From Tubiluchus corallicola (lineage: Eukaryota > Animalia > Priapulida): a DNA stretch of 64,000 nt. Under the pieces are notes generated by a model. It made no database searches. It saw only the letters and a program-made list of their open reading frames with translations, and was not told the DNA's origin. Positions 38,506 to 52,360 of the stretch are shown here, in pieces (position 1 is the stretch's first letter; every line of letters starts with the position of its first letter). A program made the translations under genes and the position numbers. The stretch spans positions 496,001-560,000 of the forward strand of contig JAQGDQ010000039.1 of assembly GCA_030141605.1 (NCBI GenBank), written 5' to 3'.

Positions 38506-41500
38506 ATGGATAGTAAAATCAGCAAGGAAAAACAAAAAAATCAATTAGAATGGTTACGAAAGAAGGAAGCTGAGTACGCAGAAGGAGAGTTTGATTTCCC
38601 CACACCTGCGCAGGAGGGTATTATGGAAAAATTTAAGAGAAAATCTACGGAAAATCCGTTTGTTCCTGTCGGTAAGTTATTTGTCAAACCCATTGCCTTG
38701 GGTACTGTAATGATGCTTCACGTGACCAACTCGGAAGGGCTGACTAACCAGTGCTCATGGTGGCTTATGGAACGAAAACTTGCTGAGCTTAATCATGGAT
38801 GAATTCTGACCATATACACATATATAATAGTCTATACTGTACCGTATTTCTGCTTTAACCTTCAGAAAAGAATAGTATTAACTGGTAGTTCTGAAACCAC
38901 TCACAACAGCACATAACAAACTTATAAAGTGAATGATTTTTGCTGGGTTCCAAGATCATGCTACCTCTTTTTGTTATGTTTTGCAGGTTTTAAAGATTAG
39001 CAATATATATATAAGCTTGAGCTAGTGAAATTCACGTTTAATTATAAAAATGGTGTTTTACCTAAATTATATAATAATTATTTCAGAATAAAGGTCAGAA
39101 AAATTAGTGACGTTGACCTGTATTCTACCAGAATAGCTGCCAAGCAAAATTATTACCAGCAAGAATTCAACACAACAAAGTGTCTACAAATTTTAAAACA
39201 ATGAAACTGTTGGGAGCCGAGTGGACCACTGCGCCAAGTAGACCACTTGATGCGCTAAAAGTAGTGTCCTACATGGGCAGCCCAGTAGGACACTAGCGAT
39301 TTTTGTCGAGAAACTTGCTCTGGCAAAACTTGTTTCCAGTTTATATTACCATTGTTTATAAGTATTATTATGACATAATAAAGCATAAAACAAACTTTCT
39401 TTTAGAAATGGATATTCCTTGGCAATTTACAAATGCATTTCTTACAATAATTTCATCATTATGATTAACTCCGTTAATATATCATAACATCAAACCTAGT
39501 ATCTAATGCTTTAAAGAGATAAATTCTGCACACAGTTATTACAGAAATAATTGCAAATTTAAAAATGAGACAGATGCTGCTAAGCATTCACAACACCAAA
39601 AAGTAATTTTTAACATTTAAGAAAAGCAAGGATAATTAGTTTTAATATTATCAGTAGTATTGTAACATGTAGGGCACTGTCCTACATGGCTCGCTAGCCC
39701 ATGTATGACACATAGATTGCTAGAACGTTTACTTGTAAGAAAACAATTATTTGCCCAAGAGGTAGTGAAACGGATCACCTGTTTGTGAAGTGAGACAAAA
39801 TCAAAAATGATATACCTTAAACAAATTTTGTATTCGCAAAAAAGTGGTGTTTTTCACTTCAACAACATTAATATCGAAACCAAATTTAATATTTCCGTTC
39901 TACCAGCTCAGAATAAAATTCTTTTATTTTATTAGACGTATAATAAATTATTCAACGTGTACTAACGTTTTTAATTATTATTATTACATAAACAAGCACA
40001 ACGGACGGTGTCAGTACACTTAACGACTCAATTCGCGACCTGTCTCTAGTGTCCTACTTGGGCAGCCCAAGTAGACCGCGGTCTACTTGGCTCAGTGGTC
40101 CACTCGGCTCCCAATAGAAACAATTCTGTGGAATACTCTTTCTGGCGACCATAAGCAATCAATTAAATATCTATCGCTTAAGTAAATTGATGACTGTTTA
40201 TTACCAAAAAATTAATGAAATCACTCTGATTAACACGGTTTGGATTTTTCCAGCTCAAGTAATTGGATTTTCTTATGCTGTAGCAAGGCCATAGCCTCAT
40301 TTGAAGCATCATTTGAGCAATGCTGAATTTGTGCAACATCAGTATAATAGTGCTTTGAAAACATTAATCTTTACATTTGTTACCTTTCTACACTAAGTCT
40401 TGTTTCTTGGCATGTTTCTATTATATAGCAAGGTAGCTTATATTGTACTGGCATTGCAGACTTGCAGTCAGTGCTTCAGCTGATCATGTGTGTGTGTGCA
40501 TGCATGCGTGCGTGCGTGCATATTTTTATATATGTGACTTTGATGGTTTCTGTACTACTGTACTAGGATGATCACTGGTCAACTGATGCTACTGTTTATC
40601 TGGTTCTGTTTGCAGTTTTTAGAGTGTTTTTGCAAATCTACATCTGTTATGTATTTTATTATACTGGTCTGCAATGAAGCCTCCCAGAGTGATTTCTTAG
40701 AGTGGAACACTGTCTTCATAAAAACCACAAGAAAACCCTTTACTTATGTAAAACTAAAAAAATCATCTTGAAATTTTGTATCAAGTGTATCAAAAGACAA
40801 TGTTCCAGTGTAAGAAATCACTTTCTAGGGGAGGCTTTACTGCAGAGCAGTATAACGAAATACACAACAGATTTGCAAAAACGTTTATAGTCATAGCATT
40901 CTTAAAAACTTGAAACAGAACTGCATAAACAGTAGCAGCAGTTACCAAATGAACACCTGGGAAGATAGTAAGTTGCTCTACTAGAATCACTTGCAATTGT
41001 TCAGATTCTTTAGAAATAGTCCAGATTGAGTGAACAACCAGGGGAGTATTAACCAATAGGCTAACTAGGCTATGGCCTAAGACACCAAAGTTTGAGGGCA
41101 TCACATTTTAGAAAAAATCCTTGTCCTCCTCGGAAAATGTGAATACTTTCATATTAATGTAAAGGGCGCATGTTATAACACACCACAGGTAGTTACTGAG
41201 CACAGCTTTTTTATAAGTGCCACATAACGAACAGGTGCAAGGTATTACACAACAAGCAACTGTGCAGCCAGCTTGAATATATGCGCTACATACAATTAAT
41301 GATGACTACGTAGAAACTAGGTTAGCAGTGTTTCTAATACACCATGAGTAATTGTTTGATCTACTTATTACACAAACAACTATAAATTCAAAAAAGAGAC
41401 GGGCGAGACAGAATTATCAGCCTAGGGCGTCGTAAAGTCTTGATACACCCTTGTGGACAATTGCAAGAATTATGAAAAAAAATAAAGAATGCAAATGATT

Positions 41501-42874
41501 GCATATACTTACATACTGTCTTATTGTGCATAGAGCTTATATTAGCAGCACTGTATAAAATTTGAAAATTTAAACTCCCCTGATGATCTTTAGGCACAGC
41601 TATTTTTACGGTAGGTCATTTGAAACAAGTTCAGGTAACATTGTATAAAATTTGAGAAAATAATCAGAGCATTCGTATCACGCACTAACAAACGTATAAA
41701 TTACTATATCTTGTCAAGAAGATTAAAAATGCGTTTTTTGGTGAGTCGCTGGAGCACAGTGAAGGCGAGTCAGTCAGTGATATTTTACCAGTTGGTATGA
41801 ACATTTTAAATTACTAAGAATTTTTTTATGTACATTAATCTTTGAAGCAGGATAGTACTTTTGTATGGAAAGTTTTTCGGGACTTACCTTAAAATTGGCT
41901 TTTCTTTCTCTTTAAGTTCTTTGATTAATCAAAATTCATTAAAATTTTATACTAATTTTAACGAATTTCCTTATGACAAAAGCAGAATTTGCCATTGTAC
42001 AAGAATATGTGGCATGTAGATTTAATCATCTATTACTGAGATAAAAACCAGAAGACTGCTCTATCTAAACTATTCTTGAGCTTGATATTCTGACGAACTC
42101 AGCAACTCTGACAAAATTTTATGTGGGAAAGATGAGAATTTAAATCACACAAAGAAAACTGAACTGAATTGGATAATTTCAAGTATCAGAAGCATTTTGT
42201 GAATTTAATCAATATAAAGTCTATAATTTAAGTTATTTGTGCATTTTCATGTTTTCCCATAATTGTGCGCATACTGTTGTCTGCAACAGCTGAGACACAT
42301 ATGGGATAGCGGGAATAAATGTTTAACAGAATCTTCTACAGTTCAGCGTTGAAAATCTTCTACTTAAAAAGCCAAGCAAAGATTTATTTAGTAGCAGCAT
42401 AATGAAAATACAGGTGTTTTTATTAACGGTTAGTAATTTAGAAAACTGTAAATTAATTCATACCTCTGACTTGCGAAAATTGCAAAAGCTGACAATTTTC
42501 AGTTGCTGTAATAGCTATAAAACATAAAGCAAATTATTTTTTGTCAGTATTATGACTCGAATTAATAGCACAATATTTTTATTTTTCACAAAAAAATTTT
42601 GACATCAAAAAATTATCAATTCTGGTATTTAGTATTCTATGAAGTGCAATGTTTTATAAGAACGAAAATGAAAATTAAAGTTTTTCTTTCAGGCTGCCTG
42701 GTAACAGGGCTTGTCTTATCGTACGGCTTGTGGTGCTTCCGTACCGGGCAAACGAAAAAGTCCCAGATTATGATGAGAGCTAGAATTGGAGCACAAGGAT
42801 TTACAGTAGCAGCATTAATCATTGGACTAGGATTAAGTGCTAGCAGTTTTGGAAGGAAGTCCAAACAATCTTAG
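38506..42874 (+). CDS. HIGD2A: HIG1 domain family member 2A-like mitochondrial protein, ~115 aa
   Basis: Exons 38506-38671 (EKFKRKSTENPFVPVG; donor gtaagt) and 42693-42874 (CLVTGLVLSYGLWCFRTGQTKKSQIMMRARIGAQGFTVAA): HIG1 signature. Confidence 0.9.
39208..40116. mobile_element. Non-autonomous DNA transposon with long TIRs in the HIGD2A-like intron
   Basis: ~38-bp TIRs t(g/a)ttgggagccgagtggaccactg(c/a)gccaagtagacc, subterminal tagtgtcctac.tgggcagccc repeats, flanking 5-bp direct repeat GAAAC. Confidence 0.85.
40626..40882. repeat. Imperfect ~90-bp inverted repeat
   Basis: 40626-40716 (gtttttgcaaatct...tggaacactgtctt) is the imperfect reverse complement of 40794-40882. Confidence 0.8.
41039..41453. 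mobile_element. hAT-type MITE
   Basis: Imperfect TIRs caggggagtattaa / ttgatacacccttg; degenerate 8-bp TSD tgaacaac/tggacaat. Confidence 0.6.
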
Positions 42875-45800
42875 AGGAATGCCTACTGTAATTTGAAGAC
42901 TAGTTTAGCTGCTACTAGTAAGAGAGAATGGGCTTGGTGAAAATTTAATAGAGGACATACTGCTGCTCCAGATAGCAACCAAGCTTCGAGATCTGGTCTT
43001 TCATTACATGTGATCTCTCTAGCTAAAAAAAGGCCAAAACCTAAACTTAATGTTAAACACTTTAAATTGTGGCAGTGCTTGCTAATAGTTGGATTAACTT
43101 ATGGCTCAGAAATTTTGCTAAAAGCTTGATGAAAATATTGCAAATTGAACATGGAGTTGCCATTAATAATACTTGGACCAAGCTACTGTGCTACAGTTGT
43201 TAGAGCTGCTTGTTTTGATGGACTGACTGGACCTAGACCCAAAAAATTTGGATAACATAGACAGTCTGTGATGAAATATAAGCACCTCACATTACATTGT
43301 TACTATTGGTTAAAAACAACCAAGTAACCTGCAAGTAAAGGCATGAGTGTAATGATGACCAGTGTAGTCTGTTGTCCAATATCCTCTGTACTGATGGTCA
43401 GCTTATATTATACTGAATCTATTTTATTGTTAAACATCACTTAAAAAAGTGAGAATGTTTATCTTTGGTATTTGTTAGACAATTGTTATTTACAGAGTAT
43501 AAACTTTTAAGTAATATCAAAATGTGCAATTGTTAAAAATTATTTACATTGTACAATAAACCAATACAAGTGTGATTACTTATAATCTTGCATGCAAAAT
43601 TTTGTTAATAACAAATGAACTAACGTTGAATTTCTGGATTGACACTTGGCCAGTAGGAAGAAAATCTTAAGAAAGCCAGGATTGAACCTGGATTTAAACA
43701 GTGATCCTTAAAGACTTTGACACCAAACACCATATTGGATATCAATCAGTCCATCATTTCTAAACATGAGTTTGCTTGTACAACAGTACTTATTAAATTT
43801 ATCGTTATAATGTTTTTAGTTAAAACAACACAACTTTAGTAAAAAGCTAAAATCTTGCCAAACATTTCAGCAGACTTTAACTTTTTAACTTTGTAAACTA
43901 AAAGTTTTAATAAAGTTGTGTTGTTTTAACTATAAATATTTTTAAGTGCATGTAATAAAAAAATTATTGTTCTTAACCCTAATTTCATAAATTTCAAGAG
44001 TGAATCCACAACCAGCAAAATTTTGAAACAAAACTTGGCCGAAAAAGGAAATGTGGGAAAATTGGGACTAAGCTTGCATTGAACCAGGGACCTTTGGATT
44101 ACATCACGGCTACTTGACCAAACGTACAGCCCTTTGTGCTGAAGACTGGAGAGTTTATACCACACCAGAAGAGTTTACACCACCACACAATCTGACTTAC
44201 AAGAAAAATAAAATCCGTTAAATTTACGATCTAGATTTTCTTCATTGCCGGGGCCTGTGCCTCACAAAACAGCCACTCTGCATTCACAGAATTCACAATT
44301 TATATAATCCTTTAGGTCATATAACGTGCCTTTCACACGATTATAGCATCTCCTGAATTTTTAGAAGTTAAATGTAAAAAATGAATCTCGACTATTGACT
44401 TTTCCTAAATTCAGCAAGCTACAATTTATGCATGTGACCTTGATCTCGCCCCAGTGGATCATGTAATGGCAGTAGTTGCCATTAAATTTTAGTAATTATT
44501 TTCATACTTATGTCACAGTTTTGATGTCAATTTTGTTTTAATGAGTGGAAAAGTAGCATGGGTAGATGTGCATTTTTTAAAGCTACCTTGGTTATTGCGT
44601 GACGTAAATGTATGAGGCAAATGTAAATGTTGACGTCTTGGCCAGCTGGGTTCAAATATCTTATATGTTTAGCTAGTTGATACAGGAGTACATGCGCATT
44701 TTATGTACCACCGTTTCTTAAAAATGGGAACGTTGCTATGTCCAAAGACACTGGCCAAAACATGTAAACGGGTCACAAAATATGTGCAGCATTAATTTTA
44801 TCAGGATTTGGTCTGCTATGACTCAGGATGTAGTAATAGTATCAAATAAGTTTGTAAGAAGGCGAGTTGAAGAGAGTTGGAAAGTCAGTGTTAAAAAGTA
44901 ATTTGAAATTTACAGCCGACAATGTTAAAAAGTGGCGCACATGTACTACACTGTCGGAGGTTTGCATGAACCAAAGGTTACTGTAGAATTTAACGATGTG
45001 TTGATTTTTGTGTGAGGAAAAACTCCGACAATGGTCTGTTCGTTCTTGTTTTGAAAAATGGTTTACTTGGAGCAGAGGCGTAGCTTTTAAACTAGTTTCA
45101 GCCGGTTGGGAACTGCTACATACCAAAATACTTGTACTGGCTTCCCAACCGCTCACAACCTAACGCATTTAGCATGTTTGTAAATCGAAGCAAGGCATAA
45201 TGAAGTCGTGCTACATTTCGAAGTATACTGCAGCTACTTTATAACTTGTTTTTATAAAATTGGGTCTGGTTTGTATGTAATTGTAAAAGGATATGGCTTC
45301 TATTATTCAACTAGTGTGTTACTTGAATGCCATTATTACTGCCATAATTCTGCTAAATCCAGCATCTTAATAACACTAAAGTCGCTAATGTTGTAATTTT
45401 TTAATCAGCTCATACTGATTTTTTATAAGTTTTCAATGAAAAATTTTTTCGTTTAACAGAATGAACGCCAATAATTTGAGATAACTGATATGGTTTGCAA
45501 CGATCAAAATAAGCTAGACATATTTCTAATCCACGTCAGCCTGACAAAAAAATTTACATTATAATTTAGCGATTATTCCAGAACGATTGAGTACAATATA
45601 ATTATAACGATTATTATTATAATATAATTATAATTATTAGAAAGAAAAAACTTACAAATAAGTGACACATCTATTTAGTTATCAGAAATATGTGCTGCAT
45701 GGCGGCTATGAAAACCCGCCATGAAAAGTGGAAAAATTTGTAACTTCTTAAAAGGGAAGGAATTTATAGAAAATACAGATTAACAATGATACATAAATAG

Positions 45801-48090
45801 GGCATTAAGGGCAAAAGTAGAGAAAAGGGAAGATAAGCAAAATAGAAAAGAGCTAAATTTAATGAAAAAACACAGAGCAGAAATATTTTTTTCATGAATT
45901 GTCAGTAATGCTGTCATCAAAAATTAATTTTGCGTTATTAAGCTAAATTTATTAAACGTAAAGCTATGAAATTTAACAAAGTCATTAGCTAATCTGAATG
46001 TAAAGCGAATTATAAAACGCTGCGTACCAAATGAGGTAGATGTAATTCTGTGTTATAAAAGATATAATAAACCAAAGTTACCATAAAATTAAAATACCCC
46101 TGCTATAAAAGATTCGCTAGATAGCTCATATCCTTGAATATAGTGAGCACCACGGTACAATAAAAATCAATAAGTAGCCATGAAAACAATTTATAGCGAA
46201 ATATCAGAATTATTCAGTGCACGGTGTTATGTATATTCGTCCTATATAATAATTCGCGAAATGATCGTCTGATCATGTCTCCGAGTGTTGATAACGCAGG
46301 CTTCTAAGGTATGATTACTATCTTGTAATAGTTTTTATACTGTTTGCCAACATGCGCGGGAGTTGCAAGTGTGACGTCATCGTCATGCGACCCTGGGATT
46401 GTTTACTTGAATGCACTTTAGACTTTTTATGATACAAAAAACAGCCGATTATCGCCACAGTTTTTACCCTAGTGTTTAAACATAACACAGTAAACAAGCA
46501 GATAAGAAGTGCAATGTAGATAAACTATTTGATCAGTAATGTAATATGTGCCATAATAGCGAACGAAGAGCACATCTTGCCGACTAATATGCTACAGGTC
46601 AAGGCCATTTGGTTAGTTTGCTTAAAATTTGTATTGATGGTGATAGCTAGAAAATTTGTTTGTGGAAACAGCTCTAGTCTTTGGATGCAAGCCGAGCAAT
46701 TTTTTGACGAATTAAGCCTGTTTCTGTGTTTACGAAAACAACTACTTGAATTTTGTGTAAGACAATATGGCTCATAGCCAAAGCATACACGTACTTAAAA
46801 ATATATTACTACAGAATAATTATATCTAAATTTTAGTCGTTTTTAGTTGTGACAGAAATACGATAAAAAGTTAATAACCATCAATAAAGAACAACATAAC
46901 ACAATACATAGAAGCAAAAACACGAGCCACAGGTGCCGCATGTCTGCACAAAAACTAATTTTAATACAAAAACAGAAAGAAAAGACATGTAGCTTGGTCA
47001 CCCACCGGTTTATTATCGTATCACAAAGGAGAGAGTAAAACAATCGTTCAGTCATTGGCCAAAACAATGATGTCAGTGTCACAATGTCAATGTCACACAT
47101 ATGTACAGTACATCAATCTTTAGACAAAATCTATCACAAAAATATATACTTAAGTAACTGTTCAAAGAAAATTATACAATTCTAGTCATGTATGTACACA
47201 TTTTGTAGACATTACAGAAGCAGCAACAAATTAGTATGAAATATGATAAAGTCATTGGTAATCATCAATATAGTAATATCATTGATCATGCTACATTACC
47301 TAAAACGTACACCCTGTGTTCTCGCATTTTCAAATGAAAAAGTCGACAATGCACCATCACAAAATAGTACCGCATCATTAAACAAGTAAATAAGTAGTGT
47401 CTCAGTAAAATACTTTCAATATGACAATAATTCGATTATCACCTCACTATTTTTAGCAATTAGCAAAATATATAGAATCGATAAATCAACAAACAGACAT
47501 CTATCACTTGACATTCAAACATAATAAGTAAATTAGTCAAAAAACTTAGAAGTTTTTGAAAACAAAAAAATTAGTGACTAGTGAAGACTAATTCATGCAA
47601 GAAGTGATAAATATGCATTCCATTTGCCATGGCCACATTGGTTGGCCATTAAACAAAGCACAATATTTACAAAAAAATCATTTACTGATGACAGCATTGT
47701 GGCAGTATATTGCAAGGCACCTTTAAAATAAAGTCTAGGCGTCATAAAGTTTCCAGGTAGGGGGTACTAATATTATTAAACCAAAAACTTTGCACATCAA
47801 ACTGTTCCTAATGGCCGATATCTTCACATCACAGAGTCAAACCTTTAAAGTCAAATCTTTCTTATACAGGGAACCACTAATCTGTCTATTTCATGAAACA
47901 GCAGCGATAATTGCTACAAGATTGTCAATCTCACAACTACAGAATCCAGTTAGAAACCGGAGACAATTTGCAGTCTTATCACTAGGACATGTGTCTCTGT
48001 TTTATTACTGAGAGACTGCAAATGTATCCAGCTGAACTGATTTCTCTCAAAACAGAAAACCATGCAAACGATCTCTAGTCCTCAAGATGT

Positions 48091-50767
48091 TTACATGGAT
48101 GAAGGTGCAAACATATTCATTTCTGCACGTCGTAGTCGACAAGGAGCCTTGCTACCACCCTCGCGCTTGTGATCCTTAAACGGCTGATTCATTGATGACA
48201 ACTGTGTGGTCAGCTTTTCGGTCAATGATCCAGAAAAGATTCCAACGCCAGAGTGTGCATGGTCCTGCATGTCTGTATCTAAAGTGCCTCCTCCTACAGC
48301 CCTTGAAATCATTCCTTGTAGACCGGACCATGAAAGCTTTCTTTGAGGTGCTTCAGCAGCTGCTGTATCAGATTGGGTTGTGTTCAGTGGGCTGTGTTGC
48401 ATAGCTTCTGAATTTATGCCAGCAACTGTTGCTCGCCTCCTGCGTTCATTGCTTGCAGACAGTGCCGAAGTTGACAACTCTGTGTCTTCTGATATTGTCG
48501 GTGGCGATTCACTGCTAGCCAAAGCTAGCTGACTTGATAATGGAGGGGCAACGGGAACCTCGTCAGCAGCCCGAAGGATTCCATCAGCCCCCATGACTGG
48601 TGGAGGACCCACAAGTGTGATACGGCGACGTCTATCACTTTGTGTAGGTTTTTGACTAACTGGGGCAGGTCCAACTGTACCATCTTCCATTATGGTAGGT
48701 GGTGCACCTGTCACTGTGACACGCCGTCTAGGCCCTGTCATTTCATGCTCTACTTTTGATGTTCCATTCAAAACCATGTTACTTCCTGTAATGTTATAGT
48801 TGCCTCCAACAAGCTTCAGGGTTACACAGCTACTTTTTTTCTCTGGTGTCTCCTGGGGGCTAGGAGATGACCCTAAGAAAACAACATAGATTTGTGTATA
48901 CTATTTCAGCAGACAAACAACAGTTTTTCTTAAATAAGTGGTTCAGTAACCTTCACAGTTACCACAAGTATACATTGCTTCATTTATTATATAAATTTTT
49001 TTGTCAAATGTTATACATGTGTACTCATTCTTTTCTGGAGCCAATGTAAGCGTAAGCCTTGAACTACAAGTTGTATAGCACAGTTCCATGAAAAGCCTAC
49101 AAACACAACTATGTTTACTACTCTTTGACCAATGGTCACATAGTCTGTCACATGGTACACTGTACAGCCTCATTTCACTGGCTTAAGCACTTAAACTGTT
49201 AACTTTAGTCAACTTCAAATTAGTAACTTCCTACGAGTATATGTTCAGTATACAAAAATCTTCTGAGCGTGTAGTAAGATTTTAGTTTTAGGTATCATAA
49301 CTACTGAACAACTGTGTTGTTCTTAAACTTGTCTTTCATTCACATGTCAAAATTAAAAAACAAATCTTCAGGACACTCAAAGTTAAAAGTGACTAATAAT
49401 TTCGTGCAATTAGGCCTCTAGGTGGGAAACTAAACATGAGAAACTAAACCTAAGCCGCAGGACTAAACGAATACACTCAGTGTCATTTATGCAAATTAGT
49501 ATTGCTTATTGACAGCACAGTTTCGTTTGTTATCACTGGTAAATTCACATACGCATGTAATATATTTGTAGAAGATGAACTAGCTTGTCAACATGATAAA
49601 AATGCTGTACGCATATGCAGAGTACTGAGGAAATCTAAGGTGCATAATATTATACACACAATAAATATACCCTTCGGATTTTTTTCAGTAAGAGAGCAGT
49701 ACTAAGTAATGAAATGCGACTAAATGTGTGATCAACACAAGATTAATGGAGTGATCCCAATAACTTCATGTCTCAATAAGTGTAGGCCTAATTAATTAAT
49801 TTAGCTACAGAGAAACATCGGCAAGGAAATTCATGAGAAAAGAATCGTATATGGCTTTTACATGAAAACATATTCGTATGCATGCGCAAGGCCTATTGTT
49901 CTCTATTGTGCGAAAATATGTAACACCTAATTAATATTGATCATGGCAAGTCGACTTTGGAACAGGCCTGACCCATTCAGGTAGGTGTTAACCAGGTTAG
50001 CGACACACTGTGTTAAGCAACTAAATTTGCGCTAATAATTTTGCTCTGTGTTACTTAAAATGCTGTGCTGTAAAACTGCCAAAACATGTTAAATCACCAT
50101 GTTCGATGCTCAAAGTCAGCAGTGGAAAAACACACGCAAATAATTTTTTGGACATTGTGCAAAATGTGGACGTAGCTAATGTTTTAGATAGTAGAAGACA
50201 AAAAAGGAATAAAAAGCTGTGCGCTGAAGTGGCCGGCCAGCTGAGAGAAATTAATAAGTATTGAAAAAACGTGTTAACACTGTCGTACAGAATGGAAAAA
50301 CATGAAGCAAAGGTACATGAAGGAAAAAACAAGTGAACTTAATTAATAATGCGAAAGTGTTATCGTCTACTGCACGCCTGATAGTACATAATGTAACAGT
50401 TCAGCAGTGTTCTCAGCCATCGCAAGAGCTAGCTGGCCGTAGGCGAATACTGCTCTTGTTATTAATTAATCATTTAGTGACTGGATTCCCCCTTCCCCAC
50501 CCCTGTCATTTTCGAGTAAAAGCCATAATAGTATCATCAGTTACGACTGTTACCTGTACCAGTTTCCAATATGGGGTATCTATTAGCTTTTATTCCCAAT
50601 GAGAATGGGAAGCAGGCTGATGCTTTTGACAGAGGTGACGTAATAGGATCCGCGACCATGTTTTCCTGTTCACCTCCAATTCCGGCTAAATCAAGTTGTT
50701 GATGGAAGCCAATGGATAGCTGTTGCAATATGCCAGAATGGCTCTCAGAAGATCGTACTTCCCCCAT
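48091..50767 (-). CDS. KIAA1191 / p33MONOX-like protein, ~331 aa
   Basis: Coding exons 50767-50554 (gcaccATGG Kozak; donor gtaaca) and 48872-48091 (tttcttag acceptor), frame-consistent; probable non-coding exon ending at 52031 (gtgagt). N-term LSIGFHQQ...DPITSPLS..FPFSLGIKANRY and C-term LRRAEMNMFAPSSM resemble KIAA1191 LPIGIYRR...DPAPMTPPPS..VPWKPVIPERKY and LKPRDLNVLTPTGF as recalled. The CDS is solid; the family call is moderate. Confidence 0.7.
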
Positions 50768-52124
50768 GGTGCAGTATTTTTCACAACATTGTATAACCTG
50801 AAATGCAAAAATTATAATGTTCAAATTATTAGTAATAACAGAGTGGAATTAAAAGAGCGACTTTTCCCAGTTTCACTGAATACAGAAAGACTAGTTATGA
50901 TTATTTATAGTCTTAATATCAAAATTATTATTAATGATGGCAATTATAATTAAATTTGAAACCAAACTTAAAAGACAGGATGTATGAAAAAGTTGTAGTA
51001 GTCTGGATTTGAACACACACCTACTTCCAAAGTTTATTCAATTCAATTCAGACACTGCAAATCACTAGCTTGCTGTGTTCCCCAATGGTTGGGATACTCC
51101 AATTTCCAATCTCTTATAGACGGCATTCTCAATGCTAGATCACTTATACTGGACTAATTGCAACTAAACTATTTGATTTTTTTTAATTTTGAGCCAGAAA
51201 TTCGTGAGTAATTAATTAATTATTAGTAATCTTCCGTCAAGATTATTATTACTGGTGGTACTCAACCACAGTTATAATTAAATTCTGAAACCAAAATTGA
51301 AAGACAGGCAAGACTAGACGAAGGTGAGTGAGTTACTAGCTATATATACTTTGGCACAACCAGCACAAAACGAATAATATGCACAACTGCACTGTGCACA
51401 GGCATATCACAAACACAATAAATGCAAAGCTATCAAACTAGAAAGCTAGCCTTATAAGCAGTTGATTAAAAGTATGGTAAAACTATATGCCTGACCTAGA
51501 ACTAAACACAAGCCTAAGTTTTTAAAAAGTCTAGATGCTCTTCATCCTTTGTATCATTAACAGACCAAAATCGAGCTGACGCAATCTTAGTAAAAGTTTC
51601 GGTTCTGACTCTAGTGAGTCTGCTCTTGAACAACAGAAACTGAACAGTTCCTAACACATGGCAAAGCCCATTTACACGCAGCTTACACTATGTGTGACCT
51701 TTCTGCAGTACAGCAGCTACTGCGCAACAAGCAGGCAAATAAACATGTTAGTCACACGCCTCCAAAAGCTAAACGCTGATTGGACAGTATTTAGGTCACA
51801 CCATCTCTAAGCAAACTGTCAAGAGCCATGGCCATTGCATGCATAAATTTCCCAATTTTTCATAGTTATTTCATACCCAATTACTATGCAAAACACAAGC
51901 GAAATTAAAATTAACACAACAGTTTGCAATCGCGCCAAAGTGCTACTACCTTGACATATAAAGGTCGATTATCAACAACTTAACGTCATTATCAACTTCG
52001 AAATATATAGTTGTTTTTTGTATTACTCACTTATCCACATTTCTTGCGTTAGGCTCAGCACTTAATTGTTGAATGTAACTGGATATTAAAACTACACAAC
52101 GGCAATAACACAAGTAAAAACGCG

Positions 52125-52360
52125 AAAACTTCCTGAAACAAAAACGATTGCCGAAGCAGCTAGCTACGCTTTCTGGTTTACTCTGGTTAGCTGCTTGCTA
52201 GGGCTCGGCACGTCTTCATGCGCTGATTGGTTGAAACCCCTGGCGTGCCAACTTGCGCAGGCGCACTAAGTACAAATAGGGCAAGGGCATGTCTCATTTC
52301 TGAGGGAGGTTTGACAAAATGGTACAGTGTGACAATAATTAATGGGCGTGACTTATACGC
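52125..52360 (-). promoter_or_regulatory. Probable promoter of the KIAA1191-like gene
   Basis: Locally CpG-rich; ETS-like ACTTCCTG (~52128), CCAAT box CTGATTGG (52223-52230), NRF1-like TGCGCAGGCGCA (52254-52265), GGGCGTG (~52344), just upstream of an exon with a gtgagt donor. Confidence 0.55.

Noticed and set aside
44282-44292. Minus-strand ATTCTGTGAAT CDE-like hairpin
   Set aside because: Only a 4-bp stem, 3.8 kb beyond the nearest stop codon; no evidence it is transcribed.
46372-46379. Perfect CRE palindrome TGACGTCA
   Set aside because: Isolated 8-mer between convergent 3' ends; cannot be told apart from chance or TE sequence.
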